A stretch of 64,000 bases of DNA from Perkinsus olseni (lineage: Eukaryota). Shown here in pieces: positions 63,025-64,000 of this stretch. The notes beneath the pieces were generated by a model that made no database searches, was not told where the DNA came from, and saw only the letters and a program-made list of their open reading frames with translations. Location of the stretch: positions 1 through 64,000 of the forward strand of contig JABANN010000007.1 in the NCBI GenBank assembly GCA_013115125.1. Direction: 5' to 3'. Every line of letters starts with the position of its first letter. The first letter of the stretch is position 1. The translations under genes and the position numbers were made by a program.

Positions 63025-63154
63025 TGATGGCCGGGGAGGAGAAACAGAAAAAGGCCTACTACCGTGCCCGCTGCTGAAGGTTACGCCGACACCACTAGTG
63101 ACAACTCAATAAACCACACAGTGGAAATCAGAGAACAATGACGTATTTACAGTA

Positions 63155-64000
63155 CTATGGCAATGACCCTGCACAGTCACTTAGCGCAATGCGCTCCCGA
63201 ATCTGTTTGTATGATGCAATAGCTTCACGTATTCTCGGGGCAACCTCCCTGGACCAAACGTCCCGGTCCTTCTCTGTCATGTCGGAGCCCCACAGCTTGG
63301 CAACTGCATTGTATGGAACATCTTCGAATAGATGACATAGTAGAGAGAACGGTGAGTCGCCACTGTACGAGACGATCCTGTCCAGGAGAGCTGTACGCCT
63401 CGGGCTCTGAGCATCGATATTCACCACCGTAACTTGAGAACGGTAGAGAGTACCGTCCTCGGAGCTTCGACCGACAGGTCTCACTAACCATAAAATGCCG
63501 GGATTCTTCAGCATACGGGACACGGACCAGAGCAGACTTTCCGGAGGCCTCAGTGAGGATAGTGCTAAGCATTTGAACTTCGGGAAGGCCATCGAGCGAA
63601 AGATGGTATCCACGTCGTCGATGGTCCAGATGTTCGGATCGGAGTCCTCCCGTAGGTGGATAAAACTCTCTAGTTCGGTCCTTTGTATCAACATCAGGCA
63701 AGCGGCCCTGCTGATACGGCCTTGTAGATTCAAAATACGTAGCCGTGGCATCACTGGGAAAGTGGTTACCCGCAGATCAGGGTCACAACGCAACGTTAGC
63801 CTGATAAGGGAATGCTTATTCCTTCTTGCCAGAGTATCAAACGCTTTCAGGGTCGATTCTGCCTTCGAGCACTTCAGAGCTCTCCTAGGAGGTACATTGT
63901 TCTCCCGTGGGCCGCATATAAAATCCAATTTCGAGAGGCCAGAGAACATCGTGGATATCTTCGTAGCCAGATCTGCGGAGCCTACTCTCCTCGGATTGAA
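63155..64000 (-). CDS. LRR-like hypothetical protein, 5' end beyond the window
   Basis: Frame is open to the window edge; LxxLxL periodicity (LIRLTL, LRILNL, FKCLAL). Confidence 0.7.
   Translation of the reverse strand, partial: FNPRRVGSADLATKISTMFSGLSKLDFICGPRENNVPPRRALKCSKAESTLKAFDTLARRNKHSLIRLTLRCDPDLRVTTFPVMPRLRILNLQGRISRAACLMLIQRTELESFIHLREDSDPNIWTIDDVDTIFRSMAFPKFKCLALSSLRPPESLLWSVSRMLKNPGILWLVRPVGRSSEDGTLYRSQVTVVNIDAQSPRRTALLDRIVSYSGDSPFSLLCHLFEDVPYNAVAKLWGSDMTEKDRDVWSREVAPRIREAIASYKQIRERIALSDCAGSLP

Noticed and set aside
1-64000. tRNA, rRNA, telomeric repeats, transposase/reverse transcriptase
   Set aside because: No cloverleaf, rRNA signature, TTTAGGG array or RT/DDE motif was seen by eye. 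tRNAscan-SE, Rfam and HMM scans would be needed to exclude them.

Overview
This is gene-dense eukaryotic DNA with many short GT-AG introns. It is most likely a Perkinsus (perkinsid alveolate) chromosome, inferred from a near-perfect Perkinsus/dinoflagellate spliced-leader (SL) copy at 1492-1513, an apicomplexan-like PKA-R and the intron style. Recognisable genes are a CDPK-type kinase, WS/DGAT, VPS15, glucosidase II alpha, PKA regulatory subunit, S28 carboxypeptidase, a KH protein, Serinc, a ZIP transporter, a Trm13-like methyltransferase with a long C-terminal extension, a TMF1-like golgin, a TQT-motif-rich protein, an SLC35F-like transporter, a coiled-coil protein with an MPRIP-like N-terminal Cys/His motif, and an LRR-like protein. 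The most unusual part is the first ~3.6 kb. There a ~2 kb unit is bounded by 58-bp direct repeats and embedded in palindrome-rich minisatellites. It encodes a spliced orphan protein with RNase III-like motifs, and its first intron holds a structured, antisense SL copy. Other highlights are a G-U-rich multi-hairpin ncRNA candidate at 34.3-34.5 kb and a second SL relic at 59.9 kb. Exon boundaries were read by eye, so spans of multi-exon genes are approximate. No database searches were run.
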